NCBI GenBank assembly: GCA_038869515.1
Contig: JAWCQZ010000003.1
Span: 126,884-190,883, forward strand
Direction of reading: 5' to 3'
DNA from: Halobacteria archaeon
Lineage (GTDB): Archaea > Halobacteriota > Syntropharchaeia > JACQPP01
Length of the DNA stretch: 64,000 nt
A model generated the notes under the pieces. It did no database searches. It saw only the letters and a program-made list of their open reading frames with translations, and had not been told where the DNA came from. The translations under genes and the position numbers were made by a program. Shown here in pieces: positions 44,578 through 53,981 of the stretch; position 1 is the stretch's first letter; every line of letters starts with the position of its first letter.

Positions 44578-45692
44578 TGGCGGTCGAACTCCCGGGCCGG
44601 GCGACGGAGCCGATGTGGATCAACATGGGGCCGCAGCACCCGGCCACCCACGGCCTCTGGGACCTCCGCATCCAGGTGAGCGGCGAGACCGTCCTCGACG
44701 CCGACCCCGCCATCGGCTACATCCACCGGGGCATCGAGAAACTCTGCGAGCACCGCAACTACAACCAGATCATCCCCCTCATGGACCGGACCGGATACGT
44801 CTCCTCCATGTCGTGGGCCATCATGCACTGCCTCGCTGCGGAGGAGGTCCTCAAGGTCGAGGTCCCGCCCCGCGCCGAGATGCTCCGCATCGTCTGCTAC
44901 GAACTGCAGCGCATCGCCTCCCACCTGCTCTTCGTCTTCGGCATCGCGGAGAACACCGGCCTGCTGACGATCTGGCTCTACGGGGCCCGGGACCGCGAAT
45001 ACATCCTCGATCTCTTCCAGTCCCTCTCGGGGGCCCGGATGCACTACAACTACCCGCGGGTCGGCGGGGTCCGCTGGGACATGCCGCCCAACTGGGACCG
45101 GCAGGTCCGGACGGCGCTCGACACCATCGAGGCGCGGCTGAAGGAGTATGAGGCGATGTGCCTCCAGTCGAAGGTGTTCCGCATGCGGCTGGAGGGGGTC
45201 GCGCCCCTGCGGAAGGAGGACGCGCTCCGCCTCGGGGTGACCGGCCCCAACCTCCGGGCCTCCGGGGTCAAGGACGACGTGCGCCTGAGCGACCCCATCA
45301 TGGACTACAGCCGCTTCGACTTCGATGTCCCCGTGGGGAAGAACGGCGACTGCATGGACCGCTTCCGGATGCGGATGGAGGAGATTCGCCAGTCGGCCCG
45401 CATCGTGCGGCAGGCGCTCGACGCGATGCCCGAGGGCCCGGTGATGGCCCGCGGCCTGAAGCGGGTGAAGCCCCCGCCCGGAGAGGCCTACGTGCGGGTG
45501 GAGGACCCGAGGGGCGAGGCGGCGGAGCACATCATCTCCGACGGCTCTGAGAGGCCCTTCCGGGTGAAACTGAGGAGCCCCGTCTTCTCCACGATGCAGG
45601 CTCTGCCGCTGATGCTGAAGGGGTGCAAGGTGGCCGACGTGCCGGTGGTCATGGAGTCGATTGATTTGCTGATTGGGGAGACGGACAGATAG
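44577..45692 (+). CDS. nuoD: NADH-quinone oxidoreductase subunit D (no [NiFe] ligand cysteines)
   Basis: 371 aa from ATG overlapping the nuoC stop (TGATG); GPQHPATHG motif; C-terminus lacks the DPCxxC of hydrogenase large subunits. Confidence 0.9.
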   Translation: MAVELPGRATEPMWINMGPQHPATHGLWDLRIQVSGETVLDADPAIGYIHRGIEKLCEHRNYNQIIPLMDRTGYVSSMSWAIMHCLAAEEVLKVEVPPRAEMLRIVCYELQRIASHLLFVFGIAENTGLLTIWLYGARDREYILDLFQSLSGARMHYNYPRVGGVRWDMPPNWDRQVRTALDTIEARLKEYEAMCLQSKVFRMRLEGVAPLRKEDALRLGVTGPNLRASGVKDDVRLSDPIMDYSRFDFDVPVGKNGDCMDRFRMRMEEIRQSARIVRQALDAMPEGPVMARGLKRVKPPPGEAYVRVEDPRGEAAEHIISDGSERPFRVKLRSPVFSTMQALPLMLKGCKVADVPVVMESIDLLIGETDR

Positions 45693-45937
45693 CCCGCGCC
45701 AAAGCGGATGGCTTGACCTTGGCCCCACCCGGATAACTTAGGCAACGACCTCTCACAAGAGCAAGGGCCGCAGCGCGACGGCGCCCGTCAGCACCAATGT
45801 GCGACGAGCGCCGACCCGAGGGAGGCGCGAGGAGCGGCGCTGGGCGAGCCGAGCGAACGAAGTGAGCGGGCGAGTCACGGGCGCCGAGCGCGCGGCCCGT
45901 CGAGAAAGGTTTCTATGGCGACGGAGAGAGTTGGCCC

Positions 45938-46678
45938 ATGAACCTCCGCTTCCTCACCCGCAGCGCTGTCCTCCCCCTCTCCATCGCCATCCTCGCCGCC
46001 TTCGCAGCGCAGGTCGCGTCGGATAGGTTCACCATCGCGGGGATGTTCATCCCGCAACTGGCGCTCGCGGAACCCTGGCGCTGGGTCACCTCCGCGTTCC
46101 TGCACGGCGGGTTCTACCACCTCTTCTTCAACCTCTTCGCCCTCTACCTCTTCGGCGTGGTGCTGGAGAACCAGATCGGCTCCCGCAAGGTGCTGGCGCT
46201 TTTCTTCGGGGGCGCCATCGCGGGGGACGTGGGCTACCTGGCGACGGGCGGGACCGCCCCCGCCCTGGGGGCCAGCGGGGCGGTCTACACCCTCATGGGG
46301 GCCCTGGCGGTCCTCCAGCCCCGCCTGCCCCTCTCCTTCTTCTTCGGCCCCCCTCTGCCCCTCATCGCCTGGGTGTTCATCTGGGCCGCCCTCGACGTCT
46401 TCCGCGTATTCACCCCCTCCACCATCGCCGGCGGCGCCCACCTGGGAGGCCTCGCCCTCGGCCTCTGGGCCGGGTTCTACTTCCGGCGGCCCCGGCAGCC
46501 GCGCCCCGCCGCCGAGGAGCGGGCCATCGTAGCCCCCAGGATGCGGGTGAAGGCTCCGCCCCGGGAGGGGGCGCGGTTCGAGTGCCGGAGGTGCGGCTAC
46601 GTCGCCACTCACTTCTCCGAAATCGAGTCCCCCAGGTGCCCCGGGTGCGGGGAGCCGACCGTCTGGCGTCCACTCTGA
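45938..46678 (+). CDS. Rhomboid-family intramembrane serine protease with C-terminal zinc ribbon
   Basis: 246 aa; GASGAVY catalytic-Ser motif, downstream His in a TM helix; C-terminal CxxC…CxxC. Confidence 0.8.
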   Translation: MNLRFLTRSAVLPLSIAILAAFAAQVASDRFTIAGMFIPQLALAEPWRWVTSAFLHGGFYHLFFNLFALYLFGVVLENQIGSRKVLALFFGGAIAGDVGYLATGGTAPALGASGAVYTLMGALAVLQPRLPLSFFFGPPLPLIAWVFIWAALDVFRVFTPSTIAGGAHLGGLALGLWAGFYFRRPRQPRPAAEERAIVAPRMRVKAPPREGARFECRRCGYVATHFSEIESPRCPGCGEPTVWRPL

Positions 46679-46736
46679 TTCGCCACTGGAGGAAGAGCGT
46701 GAGAAAGATTAAAAAGGGGCCCGCCTAGCCCCGCCC

Positions 46737-47840
46737 ATGGGCCTCGACCAGGTCGCCCTCTTCATTCTGCGCCCCCTGCTGGAGCTGCTCTCCTCGGTCG
46801 TCGCCTGGGTCGGGGGGGCGATCCCGCCCCTCTCGCCCCTCACCGACCGGGTTCTCGCCCTCCTCCAGCACCCCGACATGGTCCGCTTCCTCGTCCTCTT
46901 CGTCGTGGCCAACCTCCTCCTGGTCTACATGACGCTCACGGTGCTCGCCGTGACCTGGCTGGAGCGGAAACTCCTCGCGCGCCTCCAGGACCGCCGGGGC
47001 CCGATGCACGTCGGCAAGTTCGGCCTCCTCCAGCCCATCGCGGACATGTTCAAGTTCCTCGGCAAGGAGGACACCGTCCCCCGCAGCGCCGACCGGTTCC
47101 TCTTCACCCTGGCCGTCGTGGCCCTGCCCGCCATCGCCTTCACCGCGCTCGGGGTGGTCCCCATGGCGGAGGGATGGGTCCCGGTCCGGAGCGACGTGGC
47201 CCTGATTCTCGTCTTCGCCATCTTCTCCCTCGGACCCCTCTGGGTCTTCGTGGGGGGCTGGGCCGCCAACAACAAATACACCCTCCTCGGCGGGATGCGG
47301 GGCGCGGCGCAGATGATCGCCTACGAAATCCCCCTCATCCTGAGCACGGTCGGCATCGTCATCCTGGTCGGCTCCTTCAACGTGGTGGACATCGTGAAGG
47401 CGCAGGATTCCGTCTGGCTCGCCCTGCTGCAGCCCCTCGGCTTCTTCGTCTTCGCCGTCGGGATGATCGCCGAGGTGGAGCGGTTGCCTTTCGACATCCC
47501 CGAGGCGGAGGCGGAACTGGTGGCGGGCTGGAACACCGAGTACTCCGGCCTCAAGTTCGGCATGGCCCAGGTCGCCGAGTTCGCCCGGCTCTACATCGGC
47601 TCCGCCCTCCTCGTCCTCCTCTTCCTCGGCGGCTGGAACGGGCCCTTCCTCCACCCGGTCCTCTGGTTCCTCGTCAAGGTCTGGATCGTCATGGCGGTCG
47701 TGATGTGGGCCACCCGGGCCTCCTTCCCGCGGCTGCGGATGGACCAGTTGCTGAACGTCGGCTGGAAGCGGTTCCTGCCCCTCGCCATGGTGAACATCCT
47801 GATGGCGATGGCGGTGGTGTCGCTGGGGTGGCGACCGTGA
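46737..47840 (+). CDS. nuoH: NADH-quinone oxidoreductase subunit H
   Basis: 367 aa; …ERKLLARLQDRRGP… and conserved TM helices; A/T-rich TATA-like element upstream. Confidence 0.9.
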   Translation: MGLDQVALFILRPLLELLSSVVAWVGGAIPPLSPLTDRVLALLQHPDMVRFLVLFVVANLLLVYMTLTVLAVTWLERKLLARLQDRRGPMHVGKFGLLQPIADMFKFLGKEDTVPRSADRFLFTLAVVALPAIAFTALGVVPMAEGWVPVRSDVALILVFAIFSLGPLWVFVGGWAANNKYTLLGGMRGAAQMIAYEIPLILSTVGIVILVGSFNVVDIVKAQDSVWLALLQPLGFFVFAVGMIAEVERLPFDIPEAEAELVAGWNTEYSGLKFGMAQVAEFARLYIGSALLVLLFLGGWNGPFLHPVLWFLVKVWIVMAVVMWATRASFPRLRMDQLLNVGWKRFLPLAMVNILMAMAVVSLGWRP

Positions 47841-47979
47841 CAGAGCTCGCGCTCGCGCGAGCTCTGCGATGCCCCGGCCTGAAGGCCGGGACGTCCGCCG
47901 GCGGGCCTTTTAAGAATTTTCGCGCAGTGAAAATTCTTGTGACGGCAGACTTTTTAATCCCCATTCCCGATGTGTCGGG
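47841..47979. repeat. Hairpin-dense nuoH-nuoI spacer including a family-2 element
   Basis: Palindrome CAGAGCTCGCGCTCGCGCGAGCTCTG (47841-47866); CCGGCCTGAAGGCCGG (47874-47889); family-2 element TAAGAATTTTCGCGCAGTGAAAATTCTTGTGAC (47911-47943); TCCCGATGTGTCGGGA before the nuoI ATG. Confidence 0.55.
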
Positions 47980-48546
47980 ATGAAGCTCTCCGAGTTCCCC
48001 CAGTTGTTCGCCAGGCCCATGGCGGTCCCCCTCCGCTACCTCTTCCGGAGGCCCTTCACGGTCATCTACCCCTTCGAGCGCCTCGACCGGCCGGACATGA
48101 TGGCGGGCAAGCGGGGCATCGGCGCCCTGGGCGAGGAGAGCGCCTGGGTCCGGTGGCGGGGGAGGCCGGTCCTCGACCTCGATGAGTGCACCTCGTGCTA
48201 CATGTGCGCCGACAACTGCCCCGACAAGTGCATCACCATGGCCAAAATCGGGAGCCGGGAGTTCCCGGAGATCAACCTGGAGCGGTGCATGTTCTGCGAC
48301 ATCTGCTCGGAGGTCTGCCCCCGGGACTGCCTCTGGTTCAGTTCCGACTACAACCTGGCGGAGTTCGACAAGCGGAGCCTCTACTACGACACCCCGCGGA
48401 TGACCGGCCGGGGCCTCCTCGACATCGCCACCGCCGTCAGTCCGCAGGAGAGGCGGAAGCAGGCGCAGGCCGCGGCGAAGCCAGCCCCCAAGCCGGCGGC
48501 TCCGGGGGCCCCCGCGACGCCCGCCCCCGCCGCGCCCCAGTCATGA
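47980..48546 (+). CDS. nuoI: NADH-quinone oxidoreductase subunit I (2x[4Fe-4S] ferredoxin-type)
   Basis: 188 aa; CTSCYMCADNCP and CMFCDICSEVCP cluster motifs. Confidence 0.85.
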   Translation: MKLSEFPQLFARPMAVPLRYLFRRPFTVIYPFERLDRPDMMAGKRGIGALGEESAWVRWRGRPVLDLDECTSCYMCADNCPDKCITMAKIGSREFPEINLERCMFCDICSEVCPRDCLWFSSDYNLAEFDKRSLYYDTPRMTGRGLLDIATAVSPQERRKQAQAAAKPAPKPAAPGAPATPAPAAPQS

Positions 48547-48803
48547 GCCCCGAGCCCGCCGCGTGGCCCGAGGAGGCGAAGAAGAAAATCGAGGAGATTT
48601 CCAAGGAGTCCGGCTTCCCGGTTTCCACGCTGGTGAGCATGTTCAACGGCCTCTACCGGTCGGACTACATCCAGGAGAAACTGAGGGGGCGGGCGCCCGA
48701 CAAGGCGCTCGACTACATCGTCCGGCGGATGAAACTCCAGGTCCAGGAAATCAAGAAGGACCTGCCGGGGCACCTGTGGGCGCGGGCGGGGAAGGGCGAA
48801 TGA
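48543..48803 (+). CDS. Hypothetical protein coupled to nuoI
   Basis: 86 aa; ATG overlaps the nuoI stop (ATGA); good codon bias; no family recognised. Confidence 0.4.
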   Translation: MSPEPAAWPEEAKKKIEEISKESGFPVSTLVSMFNGLYRSDYIQEKLRGRAPDKALDYIVRRMKLQVQEIKKDLPGHLWARAGKGE

Positions 48804-49065
48804 ACCACGCCGGAACCCGCAGATAATCCTTACAGATTTTGGAAAACCCCCTTACGTCAGACCGGCACAGTGGGGAGCAGAGAGAGGTGGCAGACGGGCT
48901 GCCACAACGGATTGCTCCCTCCCTCCTCCCGGCGGCGGGCCACCTCTCACTGTCGCCGGAGGGGGGGGACCTGTGCGGTCCCCTCCCCCCGTCCACAGGC
49001 CCACCCCCCTCCCCCGCATACTCAAGCCATTCACACCTTGGCGGAAGTCAATAAGGGCTATCAAT

Positions 49066-49521
49066 TCAGAACCCGCCCTCGCGGACCACGAACGTCAGGT
49101 TCGACCGGGAGACCCGCTTCCCGTGCTGGTTCTGGGTCTCCAATTCGAAGGTGACCCAAAGTTTTCCTCCTTTCTCCTCGATGCGGGTCAATTTGCCCGA
49201 TGTGGTCAGGGCGTCCCCCGCCCGGACCGGCTCGAAGAACTCGTAGGTCTGGGAGCCGTGGACCACCTTGTCAAGCCGCTTCACGAACTTCTGGAGGCTC
49301 CCGAGGGCCGACCCGAGGTTCATGGTCCGCGCGATGTAGGCGCTGGCGTAGATGGGGGGCGCGGGGTCGCCCTGCAGGTACTCGGGTCGAAGGTCGCCCA
49401 CGGATTCGGCGAACTTCTTCACATGGTCGGCCGGGACGGTGAAGGGCTTGCCGGGAGGGAGGGGCGTCCCGACGTACCGGGCGTATTTCGGGTCGGTCAC
49501 GGCCACGGCCGTGTCAGGCAT
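49066..49521 (-). CDS. MaoC-like (hotdog-fold) dehydratase
   Basis: 151 aa; hotdog-fold hydratase pattern. Confidence 0.75.
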   Translation of the reverse strand: MPDTAVAVTDPKYARYVGTPLPPGKPFTVPADHVKKFAESVGDLRPEYLQGDPAPPIYASAYIARTMNLGSALGSLQKFVKRLDKVVHGSQTYEFFEPVRAGDALTTSGKLTRIEEKGGKLWVTFELETQNQHGKRVSRSNLTFVVREGGF

Positions 49522-51208
49522 TCTTCTCGTCCCGCAACTCGCGCCGCAGGACCTTCCCGATGACGCTCTTGGGCAGGGTCTCCCGGAACTCGATGTTCTT
49601 GGGCACCTTGTAGGCGGCCAGTTTGGTCTTGCAATAGGCGATGATTTCCTCGGCGGTGGCCTTCTCTCCGGGCTTCAGGACGATGAAGGCCTTCGGGGCC
49701 TCGCCACGGTACTCGTCCTTGACGCCGATGACGGCGGCCTCCAGGATTTTGGGGTGCTCGTAGAGGATGCCTTCGATTTCGTTGGGATAGACGTTGTACC
49801 CGCCGGCGATGATCATGTCCTTCTTGCGGTCCACGATGTAGAAGAAGCCCTCCTCGTCCATCTTCGCCAGGTCGCCGGTGTAGAGCCATCCGTTCCGGAG
49901 GGCCTTGGCGCTCTCCTGCGGCCGGTTCCAGTAGCCCGCCATCAACTGGGGGCCCGAGATGATGAGTTCGCCCTCCTTCCCGGGAGGGAGTTCGGTCTTC
50001 TCGTCGGCGGAGTCCACAATCTTCGCGTCGGTCCCGGGCAGGGGCACGCCGACGCTGCCCAGTTTCTGGTTCCCGTAGACCGGGTTGGCGTGGGTGACCG
50101 GGCTCGCCTCGGTGAGGCCGAAGACCTCGACCAGGGAAGCGCCGGTCGCCGCTTTCCAGCGGTGGGCCACTTCGAGGGGCATGGGGGCCGCCCCGGAGAG
50201 GCAGTATTTGACGCTCTTCAGGTCGTATTTCCCGATGCCGGGGTAGTTCGCGAGGGCGTTGAAGAGGGTCGGGACCCCGGGGAAGGTGGTCGGCCGGTGC
50301 TTCTGGACCGCCTTCAGGAAGCGGTCGGGCCGGTCCCGGTCGAACCTCGGAATCAGGATCATCGAGGTCGCCATGGAGAGGGCCTGGAAGCAGATGATCA
50401 TTCCCGCGGCGTGGAACAAGGGGAAAATGACCACCGCGGTCTCCTTCCCCGGCTCGTCCTTGTAGAACCACGCCCGGATCTGGGCCACGTTGGCCCCGAT
50501 GGAGCCGTGGGTCAGGACTGCGCTCTTGGGCAAACCGGTGGTCCCCCCGGTGTATTGGAGCAGGGCGGGGTCTCCGGGAGCGATGTCCACCTTCGGGAGG
50601 GCGGGATTCGTGGCGCGGATGATGGCGGCGAAGTCGGCGATGCCGGAGTCCTTCGCCGGCGGCTTCTGGAGGTTCGGGTAGCGCTCCTTGCGGATTTTCT
50701 TCTCCGCCACCGGGAAGAGGAGCCGGAGGAGCGGGGGCAGGCAGGGCTTGAACGAAGCGGCGATGTAGCGCTCCACCTTGGGCGCCTTCGGCCGGACGTT
50801 TTGCGCCGTGGGCAGGAGGAGGTCCCAGAAGACCAGCACCTTCGCCCCGGAGTCGGTGAGCTGGTGTTCCAGTTCGCGCTCGGTGTAGAGGGGGTTGTTG
50901 TTCACCAGCACGGCGCCCAGGCGGAGGACCGCCGAGTAGGTGATGACGTAGGGGGGGCAGTTGGGGAGGAAGGCCGCGACCCGGTCCCCCTTGCGGATCC
51001 CCATCTGGTGGAGCGCCGTGGCGAGGCGGTCGGCCTGCTCATCCAGCTCCTTGTAGGTCATTCGGGCGCCGAAGAAAATCGTCGCGGGCCGGTCGGGGAA
51101 CTTGCGGGCCGACTCCCGGAGGAGGTCCCCCAGGGGCCGGAACTCGTGCTTGAACTCCTTCGGGACTTCGGGAGGGTAGTGCTTGAACCAGGGGCGGTCG
51201 GAGGGCAC
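49514..51208 (-). CDS. Acyl-CoA synthetase (AMP-forming, long-chain-fatty-acid-CoA ligase-like)
   Basis: 564 aa; AMP-binding signature YTGGTTGLPK and C-terminal domain. Confidence 0.9.
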   Translation of the reverse strand: MPSDRPWFKHYPPEVPKEFKHEFRPLGDLLRESARKFPDRPATIFFGARMTYKELDEQADRLATALHQMGIRKGDRVAAFLPNCPPYVITYSAVLRLGAVLVNNNPLYTERELEHQLTDSGAKVLVFWDLLLPTAQNVRPKAPKVERYIAASFKPCLPPLLRLLFPVAEKKIRKERYPNLQKPPAKDSGIADFAAIIRATNPALPKVDIAPGDPALLQYTGGTTGLPKSAVLTHGSIGANVAQIRAWFYKDEPGKETAVVIFPLFHAAGMIICFQALSMATSMILIPRFDRDRPDRFLKAVQKHRPTTFPGVPTLFNALANYPGIGKYDLKSVKYCLSGAAPMPLEVAHRWKAATGASLVEVFGLTEASPVTHANPVYGNQKLGSVGVPLPGTDAKIVDSADEKTELPPGKEGELIISGPQLMAGYWNRPQESAKALRNGWLYTGDLAKMDEEGFFYIVDRKKDMIIAGGYNVYPNEIEGILYEHPKILEAAVIGVKDEYRGEAPKAFIVLKPGEKATAEEIIAYCKTKLAAYKVPKNIEFRETLPKSVIGKVLRRELRDEKNA

Positions 51209-51257
51209 GAGCCTCGATGGGAGGGGCGACGGATAAAATTGGCGGCCGGTGCGAGGC

Positions 51258-52022
51258 CTACTTCGGCCTCCTGGGCTCCGTCTTGGCGCCTTCCTTCCTC
51301 GGAGGAGGGGCTGTGGAGGCCGGTTTCTCGTCCGAGGCCGCCGCCTTGGCGGGCGGGGGCTGCTTCTTCGGGTTCGGGAACCGCGTCTCCACCCTCAACT
51401 CTTTCAGGTCGAGGTGCTCGAACGCCTGCTCGGCCAGGAGGCGGAAGAGGCCGACCGGCAGGTTTGGCGGGAGCTCCGCGGGGAGCCGCACCGTCCCGGC
51501 GGAGTCCTGGACCGACGCTTCGGCGGGGACCGGGAGGACCATCCTGGCGAGGGCCTCCAGCCGCTTCTCGGGACCCTCGACACGCTCCTCGATTTTGTAG
51601 TCGTACACCAGGGTTTTGCCGGCCAGGGGGTGGTTGAAGTCCACCCGCACCCTGCGGCCGATGACCGTCTCCACGACGCCGTGCCTCCCCTCCAGGGAGA
51701 CCTCCATGCCCGGGTAGGGGGGCTCGGGGAAGCGGGCAACCGTGAAGGTCTCGATGCGGTCGGGCTTCCGGGGGCCGACCCCCTTCTCCGGCGGCACGGT
51801 GACCGATCCCCTGGCGCCCGCCTCCTTGCCCAGGAGGGCCTCCTCGAGGCCGGGGATTGCGGAGTTGGCCCCGAGGACGAGGGTCCGGGGGCCGTAGGTC
51901 GCCCCCTCCTTGTGGAGCCCCATCTCCCTGGCGACCGACTCGTCGGTGGTCTCGATGACCGCGCCGGTGTCCAACTTGGCCGTGTAGGTGATGCGCACGA
52001 AGTCGCCCTTCTGGAGCGGCAT
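51258..52022 (-). CDS. FKBP-type peptidyl-prolyl cis-trans isomerase (long archaeal type)
   Basis: 254 aa from ATG 52022 (MPLQKGDFVRITYTAKLDTG…); FKBP domain plus insert and basic tail. Confidence 0.8.
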   Translation of the reverse strand: MPLQKGDFVRITYTAKLDTGAVIETTDESVAREMGLHKEGATYGPRTLVLGANSAIPGLEEALLGKEAGARGSVTVPPEKGVGPRKPDRIETFTVARFPEPPYPGMEVSLEGRHGVVETVIGRRVRVDFNHPLAGKTLVYDYKIEERVEGPEKRLEALARMVLPVPAEASVQDSAGTVRLPAELPPNLPVGLFRLLAEQAFEHLDLKELRVETRFPNPKKQPPPAKAAASDEKPASTAPPPRKEGAKTEPRRPK

Positions 52023-52047
52023 GGCCCCGATGGGCCGGGTCCCCGAT

Positions 52048-53190
52048 TTATGCCTTTCCCGGCCCAGGGCCCGGAGCATCGGCGGCCATCCTGGAACCCG
52101 CCCTCTCCAGGAGGTATCCCGCCAGCGCCATGCCGGCCGCGAAGACGAAGGCGCCCCGGAAACCGAACTGCTCCGCGAGGAAACCCCCCGCCAGGGGCCC
52201 CGGGATGTGGGCCAGCGAGACGAGGGATGACATGATGCCGGTCGCGGTGGCGGTCTCCTCGTTGCGCTTGAGGAGGGTCGAGACCGAGCCGACGTAGAGG
52301 GCGCTCCAGGCCACCGCGACGGTCACCTGCAGGGGGAGGAGGAGGGGCCATGAGGGGACGAGGGCGTAGCCGAGGAACGAGGCGACGGTGAGCATGAACC
52401 CCGCTGGAATCAGCAGGTCGTCCCTCCACCGCTGGATGCGGCGCATGACGAGGGCCTGGGTGAAGAGGTTCAAGGCGTGGATGGGTCCGATGAACCCGAG
52501 AGGGACTCCAAGGCCTCCCCGGTCGGCCGGGATGAAGAGGAAGGGGGTGAAGACAATCCAAACCGCCTGGGCGCCGGTGTGGCGGAGGAGGAACGGGAAG
52601 TAGACCGACCAGTTCTTGCGGAGGATGGCGGTGGAGAAGAAGGGGACGCGCAGGCGGGGCTCCGCTGTCCGGGGGAGACCGAGGGCGAGGAGGAAGGCCC
52701 CCGCATAGCAGCCCCCCGAGAGGAGGAAGACGAGGCGGGCCGCCCCGAGAACCTCCGACCCGGCCGCCTGGCTCAGGGGCCACGCCAGGGTGTAGCCGAG
52801 GGCCCACCCGAGTGAGGAGCGGGAGATGAAGGGGCCGAGCGCCTCGCCCCGGGAGTGGCCGAGGGCCACGAGGGCCGCGGGGTAGAGGCCGTGGGCCATC
52901 CCGGCGAGACCCCAGAGGACGAGGAGGTCGGAGGGGCTGCGGGCGAGGACCAGGGCGAAAAATGCGACCGAAGAGGCTCCGAGACCCGCCGCCACCACGG
53001 GCCACCGGCCCTTCCGGTCCGCCACGACCCCCCCGGCGTAGTTGGAGACGAGCGCCAGGGCCCCGTAAGCCATCATGATGAGCCCCGCCTGCCCCGGCGT
53101 GGCCCCGAGAGAAAACGCGAGGAGGACCACCATCATGGAGCAGCCCGAGAGCGGGATGTTGGCGAGGACCTGGATGGCGCCGAGGCGCAT
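52048..53190 (-). CDS. MFS transporter
   Basis: 380 aa from ATG 53190; 10-12 TM helices; MFS motif GGVVADRKGR. Confidence 0.8.
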   Translation of the reverse strand: MRLGAIQVLANIPLSGCSMMVVLLAFSLGATPGQAGLIMMAYGALALVSNYAGGVVADRKGRWPVVAAGLGASSVAFFALVLARSPSDLLVLWGLAGMAHGLYPAALVALGHSRGEALGPFISRSSLGWALGYTLAWPLSQAAGSEVLGAARLVFLLSGGCYAGAFLLALGLPRTAEPRLRVPFFSTAILRKNWSVYFPFLLRHTGAQAVWIVFTPFLFIPADRGGLGVPLGFIGPIHALNLFTQALVMRRIQRWRDDLLIPAGFMLTVASFLGYALVPSWPLLLPLQVTVAVAWSALYVGSVSTLLKRNEETATATGIMSSLVSLAHIPGPLAGGFLAEQFGFRGAFVFAAGMALAGYLLERAGSRMAADAPGPGPGKA

Positions 53191-53258
53191 ATCCCGGCAG
53201 GGCGCGGGGCGTAAAGGCGTTTCCGGGAGCCTCACGCGGCGCCCTTGCATGCGGTCTC

Positions 53259-53981
53259 CTAATACGCCATCTCCCCTTTGAGGAACTTCCGCGTCTCCTC
53301 CCTCTCCGGGTTCTCGAAGAACCTCGTCTTCTCCGCCACCTCCACCAGCCGGCCCCCGAGGAGCAGCCCCACCCGGTCGGCCATCCGCTTCGCCTGCAGG
53401 AAGTTGTGGGAGGCCATGAGGACCGCCCCCCCTCCCTGCGCCCGGTAGCGGAGGACCGCCTGCTCCAGCAGCGCTACGTTCGCGGGGTCGAGGTTGGCGG
53501 TGAACTCGTCCAGCAGGAGGAGCCGGGGCTGCGTCGCGATGGCCCGGGCGAATGCGACCCGCTGCGCCTCGCCTCCCGAGAGGCTCCGCGCGCGGGAGGA
53601 GGCGCGGTCGCGGAGGCCCACGGCCTCCAGGCAGGCTCCGACCTCCCGTTCGACCTCCGGCTCGGGCCAGTTCCGGAGCCGCAACCCGTAGGCGACGTTG
53701 TCGAAGACCGTGCCCCGGAAGAGGTGGGGGCGCTGGTGGAGCATCGCAATCTGCCTCCGGGAGTTCCAGGCCGGGGCGTGGCCGACCCGGCCGCCGTCGG
53801 GGGCGTCGAGGAGGGCGGCGACGCGGAGGAGGGTGGTCTTCCCCGCGCCCGAGGGGCCCACCAGGCAGAAGATTTCCCGCGACCTCACGCACAGGCTCAC
53901 GCCGTCCAGAGCGGTCACCGGGCCGAACCTCTTGGTGACCTCTTGGAGGTCCGCCTCAAGGCCGGTGGCGGGCCGGGTCAT
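53259..53981 (-). CDS. ABC transporter ATP-binding protein (molybdate/tungstate-type)
   Basis: 240 aa; Walker A GPSGAGKTT, signature LSGGEAQR, Walker B LLLDE. Confidence 0.85.
   Translation of the reverse strand: MTRPATGLEADLQEVTKRFGPVTALDGVSLCVRSREIFCLVGPSGAGKTTLLRVAALLDAPDGGRVGHAPAWNSRRQIAMLHQRPHLFRGTVFDNVAYGLRLRNWPEPEVEREVGACLEAVGLRDRASSRARSLSGGEAQRVAFARAIATQPRLLLLDEFTANLDPANVALLEQAVLRYRAQGGGAVLMASHNFLQAKRMADRVGLLLGGRLVEVAEKTRFFENPEREETRKFLKGEMAY

Noticed and set aside
48804-49065. Possible SRP RNA or RNase P RNA in structured intergenic regions (also 20152-20732)
   Set aside because: Conserved motifs of archaeal 7S RNA (helix 8 GGAA/AGCAG region) or RNase P RNA were not identifiable by eye; kept only as low-interest findings pending a covariance-model scan.
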